Assembly: GCA_003693705.1 (NCBI GenBank)
Contig: RBZT01000419.1
Location: 62,001-126,000 of the forward strand
From: Polymyxa betae A26-41
Taxonomy: Eukaryota > Protista > Endomyxa: Phytomyxea
Length of the DNA stretch: 64,000 nucleotides
Reading direction: 5' to 3'
Part shown: positions 12,166 through 23,689 of the stretch, in pieces
Position numbering within the stretch: the stretch's first letter is position 1
Layout: every line of letters starts with the position of its first letter
The notes under the pieces: model-generated
The model's database searches: none
The model's input: the letters and a program-made list of their open reading frames with translations, nothing else
What the model was told of the DNA's origin: nothing
Made by a program: the position numbers and the translations under genes

Positions 12166-13350
12166 CTATAGCGAGTCCATCAGGTCTGATAGCCATTTCT
12201 CTGGGACGGTAGGCCTTCCTAGTCCCAGAAACATCAAAAGTGACCATAGATCTTGATCATGCATAGTTATTTCCAGTAGCCTCTTTAACCTGTGGGTATC
12301 GCCCCAGATATCGCCTTTGACAAGCTGATTTGTGGATTTGCTGCATCCGATTGTAAAGCTTGTGCTGCATGCCGCGTGGATGTGAAACACAACGCGCTCA
12401 AGTGACCTGTCGTCCGATTCGGCAACACAATTGATTCTGATCTCGGTCACTTCACAAAACTTCCTTGAGCTGGCCCCAACGAAGAACGAGAAGCAGCAGG
12501 TGTCATAAACGATGCCGCGCCTTGCAAGAGACATGCGACAATCATAATGGATGCACTGGAAAAGTTTCTCGGCGTCAGTTCGGAAAGTTTCCTGGGCCAT
12601 CACAACTTCGGAAGCATCTGCTGTCTGTTTAAATCGATCGCGGATGCGGCTAGCGATATGAAAGATGAACTCGGAAACATACGGGGCTACCATTTCGCCC
12701 AACCTTTCCCCGCCGATACTCGACGCTTCTAAGATTTGGCTGCCTTCGCGATCAGAACAGTCGGAATCTGAATCGGAACTGCAATTAGCAGCGGATGAGA
12801 GAACTGAGCTGCATTGGCTTCTCATCGAGGAGATGATCGCAGCCGGTCTTGTGTCAGCATCGCTTACAATATTAGGGAACAGCGATACTTTCCAATTGAT
12901 GTCGTTGGAGTCAGCCAGAACAGTCTCTTCAAATGCATCTTCCTGATCTCTTTGGCGTGTAGTAATATTGGAGCTGCCGCCATTTTGCAGCATCTTCTTA
13001 GCCTTATTCCGTCTATTTTCGAACCATTTCCTGACTTTGTCGATATCCAGCTTGATGAGATTCGAGATCTCTATGCGCATCTTCCGTCCAGGATGTGGAT
13101 TCACAGCAAAAGCTTTCTCTAGAACTCGGCTTTGCGCTGGAGTTAGATTGTGTCGCTTCCTTTTTGTTGCTGGACGATCTTTGAAGCCATGAACGAGATC
13201 AGCTTCAAATTTGACGTCGTGGACAGGGGAAGAGATATTTGATGCAGTTCTGTCATCGCCTTCAGAATTATCAGGCGAGGAAACGGAACCCGGTTGACGT
13301 TGTATGAGTGGTGTGCGAATTTCTTGGGCAACAACAACGCTGAAATCCAT
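12166..13350 (-). CDS. Homeodomain transcription factor (non-TALE) with an uncharacterised C-terminal domain
   Basis: KRKRHNLTPAQSRVLEKAFAVNPHPGRKMRIEISNLIKLDIDKVRKWFENRRNKAKK aligns to the 60-aa homeodomain without the TALE insertion. Single 394-aa ORF. Confidence 0.88.
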   Translation of the reverse strand: MDFSVVVAQEIRTPLIQRQPGSVSSPDNSEGDDRTASNISSPVHDVKFEADLVHGFKDRPATKRKRHNLTPAQSRVLEKAFAVNPHPGRKMRIEISNLIKLDIDKVRKWFENRRNKAKKMLQNGGSSNITTRQRDQEDAFEETVLADSNDINWKVSLFPNIVSDADTRPAAIISSMRSQCSSVLSSAANCSSDSDSDCSDREGSQILEASSIGGERLGEMVAPYVSEFIFHIASRIRDRFKQTADASEVVMAQETFRTDAEKLFQCIHYDCRMSLARRGIVYDTCCFSFFVGASSRKFCEVTEIRINCVAESDDRSLERVVFHIHAACSTSFTIGCSKSTNQLVKGDIWGDTHRLKRLLEITMHDQDLWSLLMFLGLGRPTVPEKWLSDLMDSL

Positions 13351-14270
13351 GTTCGATCGACGGAGGAAATTTTGGTTGGGGATGGCTACTCTCTAGAAGC
13401 TTGTGACGAAGTCTGTGCCTTTTTCTACACTGAAGCACAGTCAATTTTCACTGAGCCACGATCAAGGGAGCCTTCGTAAGTTACCAGCTGCCTTCCGGAC
13501 TCCGCTGCGGCTTTTCTACAGGATAGTGGCTTTTACTATTATTATTCCACTATAGGTTATAGACAGCGCCTTGGTATCTGAGATTCTCCGAAGATTAGGA
13601 TCAGTTAACTTGGTTGGAAACCTGTCGTCTGGCTGGCGTTTTTTAACTGCTTCAACGACAATCGGCATAGGCGAATCTGGTAATAAATCCTAACAGCACT
13701 GAAAACATAATCTAACTTAGCGAAATGTTGCGGATTACAGGTATGCCAGACTTATAGTTGGAATTTCTAGGCTAAATCGACTTCCGAGCCGCTTCCGCAG
13801 GTTCAAAGACTCACTGTGTCTCTACTGACCACTCTGTTAATGCACAAACAACTTCAGTATTCCCATGTTTTCTCTGAGTGCTGGGCAAGGACCTAGATTT
13901 CTTTGCTGACGATAGTTGGCGCGCTTGCTGTGATCATATTAAGAGTAAGCGGGCCCCAAAAGAGCATTCAGAAGAGCAATCAGATAATCGTTATGCTACC
14001 CTTTCCCAAAGTGAATTTTCTCGAGGAATTGCGCTTCGCATTTTTCGATGTTTGACCCTTTCTTCGGCCAAAGACAGAAACTTTCATCGATTCCAGTGAA
14101 TAAAAAACGACGACAAGGAATCTTGAATAGAGCTTCTTTAAGCCGCTTTGTATTTAGTAGCAAATTGATGTGAGAATATGCAAATGATCGGTTTCACATT
14201 AGCAGCTGGTGAAAGCTGCGCTGACTGTTAGCAGCAACAGGGTAGCTTACTGATATCACTTTATTAGCCG

Positions 14271-16375
14271 ATGTCAAGGAATGGGGAAGGCCACGATGAC
14301 CTTCGGAGTGGCGACTTGCAAGTTGCCAAAATCTGTACGTCGCCTGTTCAGCAGTAGAGCATTAGGTCCAATCCTCTCTAGGTGAATTCTTCGCTCATGT
14401 TAATGCTGTGACCTGTGCACACATTGGACGGCGTTCAAACCAGCTGCTTGCCACAGGTTCCGCCGATCGATTGGTCAAACTATGGAAAATTGGCGATCCT
14501 CGAGCTCAGATGGTAGAAAGATATTTACTACAAGTATAGTCTAATGGTCAATGTAGACCTTATCCGCCCATAGTGATACTATTGGATGTTTAAAATTTAC
14601 TGGAGACGAAGAGTGCTTACTATCGGGATGTCGCGATGGTAGCATCCGAATATTTGACCTGAATCATAATGGGGGTATGCTTGAAATTCGAGTTTTTCCG
14701 ATTGCTTATAGTTTATAGCCCTGAAAGGGCGAATTAGTGTTCAACATCGTGAAATTACTGCAATAGATCCTCATCCTTTTTGCGGAATGTTTGCTACAGG
14801 AACTATCGACGGCAAACTGGAGGTACCGAAATTTGATTTAATCGAGATGATATGTGATACTTGAATGGCAGATTTGGAGCTCTCAACAACGCCAAAGAAT
14901 TGCTTCATATCCTGTCAACAGCAGCGCCATATCGGCTCTGAAACTTAGCCCTGATGGGCATTACGTTTGTGTCGGTCATTCATCTGGTGCCGTTAAGGTA
15001 TGAAGACGCACTATCAACTGCTCATCTTCCTATTGTTGTGTCTTAGGTGTGGGATTTAAAAGCTGGAAAACTTTTGGCAGAATTGCCTCCAGATCAAAGA
15101 GGGCAAGTCAATGTAGCTGCTTTCAATCCAGTAGAAACGACGTTTTCCATTGGTTCCGAATATGGATTTATCGAAGTTTTTGAGCTCTGGGAGCAAGGAA
15201 TCAACACCTTCGCTACTACTGAAATCAATGCCCCAGTCAGCCAAATGATTTTCAACGCCTCTGGCGACACGCTACTCTGTGCCAGCGATGCTTATCTCAG
15301 TGTTAGCAGAATTGTGCTTTTGATTTAACTGTGTCTCAATTACTGCCAGGTGATGTCAGTCGATCAACCGCAAATAGATCATCTTGCTTTCCGCGATGAT
15401 TTGTCCCTGGCTAATCTAGCTGATCTTTGCTGTGATATAAACGACTCTTGTATTATTGCTGCCAGCATCGATAACACTGCCATAACTATCCACTCAATCT
15501 CAACCTCTGTGAGTTAACAATGTCTTAGCCACAGATATGCTTATACTTTTACAGGATAATCTTAACTTTGCCGCAAATCTATACCAACCTGCTGTAAAAG
15601 AGCCTTTTATGGGCCCGAAAAGGAAGATAGAGAGGCAGCCCCCAGTCTCCCTTGATAAACCACCACCTCGCATTCCCAAACCTCAAGCCGAAAATGCTGT
15701 CAAAACAGACAATGATTTGCTCACTGAGCATGCTATTGATGATTATATTGCTGCTGAAAATGTGGTACCATTGCTACTTTCTGAACACGACTCCATTATG
15801 GAAGTCTTAAATGACCGACTGACGAAAGCGAAACAATTGTGTATGGATAGCGTTTCAATCTGGAGATTCATTCAGATGATCGTCTTTAGGTGCATTATGG
15901 TCGCATGGTCATGTTAGCGAAGCCTTGAATGAATTGATCAAGATGAAGGATTATGTTGTGACTGCAGATTTCCTTGTCGCCACACAACGTCCTTTCAATG
16001 GTGGAGTATTGACACTGCAATTGTGTCCTCTCCTGCTCGCTGTTGTAAGAATGTTGCTGGAAAGTCCACGCGGGGACCATGTGAAAACGGCTATGGACTG
16101 CCTGGAGATGGTCCTGCTTTGTTATTCGGAAGTCATTTCATCAACAAGAAAGGGGCCGACGCTTACTGCTTGTGATGTTGCTCGCGAAGAAAGGTGATTT
16201 CGACACTACGACGATTCTATGGACCCTCATGATATACAGGCTGGCTAAATGCAATGAATGTTACGATATTCTGATTGGCCCCATTTTGGAGAAACTAGAG
16301 TTAGTTGCAGAAGGCAGCAGTGATCCAAACTGCATCTTTTTCAATGTCATTAACCAAATACGAAGCCTGGCATAA
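14271..16375 (+). CDS. KATNB1: Katanin p80 WD40 subunit B1 (multi-exon)
   Basis: EFFAHVNAVTC..IGRRSNQLLATGSADRLVKLWKIG, further WD repeats (KVWDLKAGKLL), Pro-rich linker, and C-terminal con80 region (EHDSIMEVLNDRL...LTLQLC..LL...DVAREER). Confidence 0.88.
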
Positions 16376-16501
16376 GTTGCCCGAACTTTCTAATCCATTT
16401 GGTCTGTTTCAAATCTATGAGGGTCAGGGACACGCTCTGGATGAACATCAATGTTGACTATAGAGCAGTGTATCGAAACTTAACATCTGAGAATAAATTT
16501 A

Positions 16502-17126
16502 TTAGTTTTGTCGGCATTGGAAACTCTGAACATTGCGAGCATTAATAAATACAAAATCGGTCGGGTTTTGTTGTGTAAGCGCCAGTGACTCCAGCATGGC
16601 CCTGGAGACAATGCAGCCTTTCTCAAAACACCCATCCATTCCAGCTTCATTGTAACGACTGAGATCAGCATCACTGCAGTTAGCAGTCAATCCATATATT
16701 ATCGTTCGAGGCCTCTGGTTTCTTTTCTCGTTCTCACGAATCTCTCTCGTCGCTTGCACGCCATCCATGACTGGTAATGCAACGTCCATCAATATGACAT
16801 CATAGCTATTATCTTGTGCCATACGAACAGCTTGCTCACCGTTGCAGGCAATGTCACATCGGTATCCAGCTCGACGTAACGCAGCTGTCGTCACCCTTTG
16901 TGTGATTATAACATCGTCTACCAGAAGGGCAGTATATCTAAAATTTGATTGGCTTGGTTGAGGGGGGGCATACAAATCAACCTAAATGGCATATCATGAG
17001 CGCCATAAACAATCCTTAAGATAATCTCACCTGATTCGGGTCAATGTCATCATTCAGCAGCTCCGACTTCGAGGCATTCGATCCATCTTTTCCTCTAGTG
17101 ACCGCCGAACGTAACAGTTCCGACAT
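16502..17126 (-). CDS. Stand-alone response regulator receiver (REC/CheY-like) protein
   Basis: Exon 1 MSELLRS...DPNQ, intron about 16982..17030. Exon 2 has LLVDD, phospho-acceptor ILMDVALPVMDG, GLTAN and the conserved Lys (CFEKG). No output or kinase domain. Confidence 0.88.
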
Positions 17127-17841
17127 CGGCGACGGCTGAGAAAGACAGATTGACAATGGAAGGCGTCCGTTTTCAGGACACCGCCTTCTGACCCGGGAAC
17201 AGAAAGCCCAGAAACCACGAAAGTTATTTCCGTGCGTGACTTGATATCCTTTGGCCCATGTTGGGAAGCAGTTTACCTTTTTCAGTTTGCTTTTGGGTGA
17301 GTCTCACTCACATGGGCTACTGCTACCGAATTGGAAAATAAGTTTGTTTTTGCAATACCTTTACATTTACGTTACACTGAAGGTGTTTGTTATGGACGAG
17401 TTTGCTTGATGTTTTGTAATGAATTCACTCCATAACTATTCTCTGAGTTCTATCCTGTTCTTCTATTAGCAGCTGCCCTGAGTGCCGTCCAAGTGCAACT
17501 GCGTACGGTCCCTAGGAAAGTTTACGGCCGCTGCTCTAGGTTTTCATTGGCTTACCAAGGATATGTCGACATCGTAGCCCATTGAATAGCTTCGTATAAC
17601 TGACAAGTGCATCCATAATTGCCCAATTAGTCAGAGAAGTCGAATCAAACGAGAATGATAACGTGTTCCTCAAATCAAATCTTCATAATGCAAATCTAAC
17701 AGATTTCACTTAGATGGTATTCATGCTTAAGGGAAGAGGCCGCGGTAATAGTAACAGAGTAACAGTGCCCTTAAAAACAGCTAGCCGGGACCCCCAACGA
17801 CTTTCCCATAATCTCTAATTTCTCTTATCGGCCTCACGTCG

Positions 17842-20800
17842 ATGAAGCATGTGAGGACTCAGCCTTTAAACGCTGGGTCCACACCGAATGTTCCCCAATG
17901 GATTCAGGATTTATTAGTAGCACTGGAAGCTTTGCCTGCCAAGCTGCAAAACACTTTCGTTGTGGCAGAGGACGCCCGCTCTTTGATTTGCACGATGGAC
18001 CCGCCGTGTTTGTTTGACCAAGATTCTGGTCAATATCGAACTTCTATGGCATCCGTTCTTGGTCGTATGGTTGATCGCGAGCGATGCACCTGTTCGTGTT
18101 ATGGCTGTGAGGCATTTAAAGGCTCAAGCTTCGCGGCAAGACAGCTGGGGTTCCTCAACGAGCTTAGCTTCGGATCCAAACCCTCTGGGCTAGAACAAGC
18201 TGCTGAGTGGTATGGATTGGCAGCAATCAACAGCTACGAGCCAGCCTGGGTTGATCTTGCCCGAGTATTTCGTTTCATGATCAATAGCAGAAGGCGCTAC
18301 GAGGATTTTTTGCAGAAGTTGGAGCCAGTATTTCGAAAATCAGCTAGTTTAGCCGACATTGAGGATCAAATCAATTTTGCAAGGTTTTTGATATCGACCG
18401 GCATAGACGAAAAGATCGCAGAAGGGCGATGCTTGTTGCATACACTGGGTGAAAATGGACATCCCCAAGCTTTGTTTTTATTAGGCTTGCAAGAATCCGA
18501 TCCGACGAAATCCATTGACTTGATCACAAGGGCAGCCCAAGAGAATTATGCACCTGCAATGCTCCATGTGGCCAAAATGTTCGACAACGGTGTATGGGTC
18601 GGTCGTGATGTAAAGATGGCAATCTACTGGTACGAAAGAGCATCTGAGGAACGACATCCTATGGCAATGTTCCGTCTTGCACAGCTGATTCAAGATACCG
18701 ACAGCCAACGTGCTTTAGCTTTATTCGAAACTATACTTAACACTGCTTCAGATCGTAGCCTCCGTTCGCAAGCCCAATTTTTTTTAGGCTTGGCTGCTAT
18801 CGAAACCGATGAGGAGTTTGCTGTGAACATGTTAACGCAGGCTGCGAACGCGGGTCTGGGTTCCGCCCAAGCTAAGCTGGGCCTGCATTTACTTCGAAAG
18901 AAAACCTCATCCGATGAGTTGGAACAAGGATTGCAGTATTTGAAGGCTGCCGTTACCCACAGCGATTGCGATCCTGAAGCCGCTTTAGCACTTGGGTGCT
19001 ATTATTTGGACACCGACCACGACTCTCATCAAGGCTTATCGCTTGTTACACTAGCGTCCAACTCTGGATACCCTCCAGCCTTGGTTTTAGGTTATCGCCT
19101 TCTAAAATCGTCTGACCCTGCCAAAGCTTTGTCCTGGCTCCAACAAGCTGCCTCAATGGGGTTTGCCGAAGCCCAAACTGAGCTCGGCCAAGCGTATGAA
19201 GAAGGCTTTGTAAACGGAGCTCCTGATTTATCACAAGCTTTGATTTGCTACAAGAAAGCCAGTGCCCAATCTGATGTCCGCGCTCAGTTTCAGCTCTATA
19301 CACTGCTGGGACACAATCAAGATGTTACTACAACTGAATATGCGAACGCCATACGATGGTTACAGTTATCGGCTGATCACGGTTACATGCCGGCGCAAGC
19401 TCGCCTGGGAAAGCTTCTGCTCGAGCTTACTGATGAGCAAAAGGACGCACTGAATCTGTGCAAGCTTGATTATATGCATTACCTTGATTTAGCTGCTGAA
19501 CAAGGCGATACAATTTCTGCTTGCGAAGCTTCCAAGCTCCGCCTCGAGAATGACACATACGTCGAAAAGGCGATTTGTGATCTGGATAATGCAGCCAAAG
19601 CCGGCTGCGTCACGTCGCAGATGCTTTTGGCGGGAATTTATCTTTCTCCCCTTTTTCCAATGAAAGCGAAGGCCATGTTCTATTTGAGTTTAGCTGCTGA
19701 GAAGTTCCATTATGCACGTTTTTTGAAATGTGCTCTTATGTGTAACGTGAAAGAGTTTGCAAAAATGACGCTCGATCGAGACCAACATTTTGATCAGGTA
19801 TCATTCTCATTAAGTATTTTTTATATCTTAGAGACTTAGACTGTTTCTAGGCAGAAGTTAACCGTGGATTTTTCGAAACCAAATTGGCTGCAATTCAAGG
19901 CAACGTCCATTGCCAATTTCTGCTAGCCCAGTGCTATCAAAGAGGGATAATAGTCGACGCCGATTTTCCCGAAGCGCGTCGTTGGCTTAAACATTCCGCC
20001 TCAGCTGGCAATCCAGACGCTGCCCAATTGCTTGCGTTTTTGTCATCAGGGTCTGAAGCTAACCATTGGACTCGCGCTGCAATAGATTCGTGTTCAAAAG
20101 ATGTTTTATTTCCTGAAAAATTGGAAACTATAGAACCCAACGAATTATCAGAGCTTCTGCGCAAAGCAGCGGATTCAGGAAATCAGTTCGCCATGGTTCT
20201 TTATGCTCTTCGCTGCGAAAATTATAGTGAGAAACTGCAATGGATGGAGAAGGCGGCTAATCTAGGCGTTCCTAGGTGGGTTATATATTTTTTGTCTGCA
20301 AATAATCACAGTATTTCAGGGCTCAGAGATGGCTTGCAATATCTCTACAAGACCGAAATCATGCTGCGGCCTGGGCTGAATGGCTTGAAAGGGCCGCAGA
20401 AGGCGGTGATCTGGATGCTCAGCGAGAAATGGCAGCTTGGACAATGCATCCTCGGCATGGGATTTTTCAGAAGCGAATTGCTCGGCGGCTAAGTGGGGCT
20501 CCCTTCTGTATCGGCGATTACGTACTTGAATCGTCACATTCTATTGACGAATTGAAATCATTAGCAGAATCCGGGAACCATCGAGCTCAATATTGCTTGG
20601 CGTTGCAGCTGTTTGACAATTTCGGCCAAGGCCCAATTTCCAAAGTTGCTTATAAGAAAGCGAGGCGATGGATGCGCCGAAGCGCTCGCTTTGGAAATCC
20701 CTGTGCTCACGTTGCTCTGGCTTTGCTTTATATGAATGACATAGGGGATTCTAAACCTTGCCTTCCTCGTGCTTTCTCGCTTCTACTTGAAGCTAGTGAG

Positions 20801-23632
20801 TGCGGCTACAACGAAGCATTTTACATTCTGGCTCTTCGATTCTCGCCTGATTTAGAAAAGTCTCTCCAATTTCTCGAACGCGCCGCTATTCTTGGGCATC
20901 ATATGGCGTTGAACCAATACGTTTCGCAAATGTTCGGTTTAGGAAAAACCATTTCGAACGAAATTATGCAAAGACTCCAGCAAGCTGCTGATGTCAATAT
21001 TGAGTCCGCTTATTGGCTGTGCCGCATTGCTCCTGACATCCGGTCGTGTGTCAAAACCTTGAAAAAACTGGCCTCTCAAAACCATATTCGTGCTCAGGTA
21101 AGGAAGTTTACTCTCGTCAGTATGTCAAATCTAAATCCTGTAAGGTGTTGTTGGGGGACTTGCTGTTTTCCGGGGCTGAAGGCCTACCCTGCAATCATCA
21201 AGTAGCACAACTCTGTTATCATCGTGCCGCTTTGGCAAACAACGAAGCTGCTCAAATACGTTTGGGAAACATTCTTTTTGCGAAAGGCGACTATGATCAG
21301 TCGCTTGACTACTTTGAGCAGGCATGCGCTCAAGGAAATGTTGCTGCTTTGGAATGGTTATCTTTGCGCCCTGCCAGGTCTGTTTCTTCCCAGATTAGAA
21401 GTGCCGTACAGATTCTGATTACTTCTGATGGACCTGCTTTTGCCTTCTTCTTAGCATCCCTTTTTGAAACGGATCTTGATATGCAAAAAAAGTACCTTGA
21501 AATTGCTGCTGGGAAAGGCCATGTTCTGGCGCAATATCATCTTGGCAGAATGCTTCTTAAGATTGGAGAGATTCAATTAGCCATTGTTTGGCTCAAAAAT
21601 GCTGCTGATCAAGGGAATGTACATTCCTGTTTGGACTTATCTTTATGCCTTCTGACTGGATACGATTCTGTCAGCGATTGGCTCACTGCAAGACAATATC
21701 TCATTCGTGCTGTTCATCTTGGAAGCTCTAAAGCTGCTGGTCTGCTCTCCACACTGCACACAATGATTTCTTTCAAATATCCTGCTGTCTCTAATCGGTC
21801 AATCAGCCATGCGTTGTTTTGGTCTGCTACAGCAAAGCGATTTGATCAGAATTTTGATCATGATGTTTTGGCATTTTCGATCAATGCTTGCGTTAGAGAG
21901 CATGTGAATAGATTTCTGAATGAATCAGACATGAGAAACAGGCTGACTGCGTTAGAGGTGATTCACAGCAATTTACCGTTACCGGTGGAAGAACGACAGA
22001 ATCTGGGCAAATTAATTCTCGAAATGTGTGGAACTTTCCAAAATCCCTGCGATCTTTGCAGCGATGTTTTCATAGAAATGCAAAAATCGTCAATGATTCG
22101 CCGGGACTCCATTGCCTTTCCCGATGTAAGGCGATTAGTTTCTGCCGGTGTTCAGTTTTTGTTCGGCGACTGCATTGTTCCAGACGTTTGCCTGGCAAGC
22201 CGTTTCTTACTAGTAAATATTGACCGATGATGTTCTTTATTTATAATCATATCTGCAGGATGCAGCTGGCCGAGGGTCAGCATCTGCTCAAACATTGGTC
22301 GGGTTTCTCTATGAATTGGGTGGTCTTGGCGTTTGCGCTCTACCTTGGGAAGCATGGGCTGCTTTTTGGTACTGCAAATCTGCCATGTCAGGTAACGTTG
22401 TTGGGTGTCTCTCTTATGCCGAGCTATTCGAAAGAAAAGGTTGTTGGACAACCGCTGCTCTATTCTATCACAGAGCTGCCGAACTAGGTTCTTCTTCAGC
22501 ACATGCACGTCTTCAAAATTTGTTCTGTATCAACTCTGAGCTCCAAGATGCTGTCATCAACGTAATTCGGGCAGCGCGGAATGAGCGCTCTCTGGCTTTA
22601 TTATCTGGCTGTTATTCTGAAAGCTCGCCGCTGTTTTTGTTGCAAGAATTACCTGTAAATCGACCACAAGAGTGTGGATTAAGCAAAGCAAATATTCTTC
22701 GAACAATATTTGAATTTGCTGGTCAGTCACAACTGGTTTGGTATCCTGAACCTGAGGTGAATTTTGCCGAATTCATTCGATCACAAGCTGCGGATCCGAA
22801 TTATGACCACGTTCACGAAGGCGATCGAATTTTATCGGAAGAACCTTCTGATGTGCTTACTGCTATAAAACAGTACAAATCCGCTGCCAGAAAGGGCAAT
22901 ACTGAATGTATGGTTCTGCTTGGTAATGCAATCGATTGCGGATGGGTCTCCTGTAAGTTCTTATCTACAGCATGTCCCTTCTTCTCATACAATTGTAGCT
23001 GCCGAATCTGCTTGCTCATGGTACCAGAATGCCAGTCTGGTTGGTTCTAGCTTAGCAACACAATGGATTGCTTCATCTTTATTAACGGGTTCGTCGCAAA
23101 ATGCTATAACTGCTTTTGCTACTTTGAATCGAGCGCAACAGCAACATACGGGGCCAACTTCGTCTTCAATTCTTTCTCACCTTTATCTTTCAGCACTTTC
23201 AGCAGGCCTTACTGATGCTTTCCCTCCCATAATGCAGACGGCTGGCTTTGGTAGAGTCAATTGAAGTCAATATGATTTCCTGATTTCGGTTTAGATACTG
23301 GAAAGCGAGGTCGCCGCTTTTCGTTGTTATTAAGTCTGGCCCGTGATTCTGGAAAAAAATCGCCACTCTATCTGGCTTGTGAATCAATGAACATCCTCCC
23401 TGACGAATATTCTCGCCGAGATTTGACGAGTGGCCTAATTTCAGGACTGACTGAGATAAGGCGCCGTATTTCTTTGAGCTACGCCAAGAATCCCCGCTCG
23501 GAATCCGACCACATCGATGGACCTGATCGTGAGAATATCACCAAGGAGCCAAGTGGAAGATTTGATCCTGTAATCCACCAAATATTTTCAAAAATCTTTG
23601 AGATGTCGGGAGATAATTCAAATAAAACCTAA
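17842..23632 (+). CDS. Very large Sel1-like repeat (SLR) protein, about 1800 aa, 7 exons
   Basis: Many A...G...A...LG..Y..G...D...A..WY..AA repeats. Successive ORFs join through short GT-AG introns (about 19798-19850, 20276-20319, 21098-21144, 22213-22258, 22953-22998, 23252-23295). Confidence 0.85.
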
Positions 23633-23689
23633 GCAATGTATATTTATTTACAGAAAAATTCTTCACTACGCAGAGAGTATCTTTGGGCA

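Noticed and set aside
13544-13764. Weak inverted repeat ATTCCACTATAGGT / ACTTATAGTTGGAAT
   Set aside because: About 14 nt with mismatches, no extension and no target-site duplication; not supportable as a MITE.
17244-17252. ATATCCTTT, a U12-type 5' splice-site consensus
   Set aside because: Lies in an intergenic region with no exon context or matching branch point identified.
17842-23632. Apparent frameshifts or several separate Sel1 genes
   Set aside because: Every frame change is explained by a ~45-55-nt GT-AG intron; no recoding is needed.
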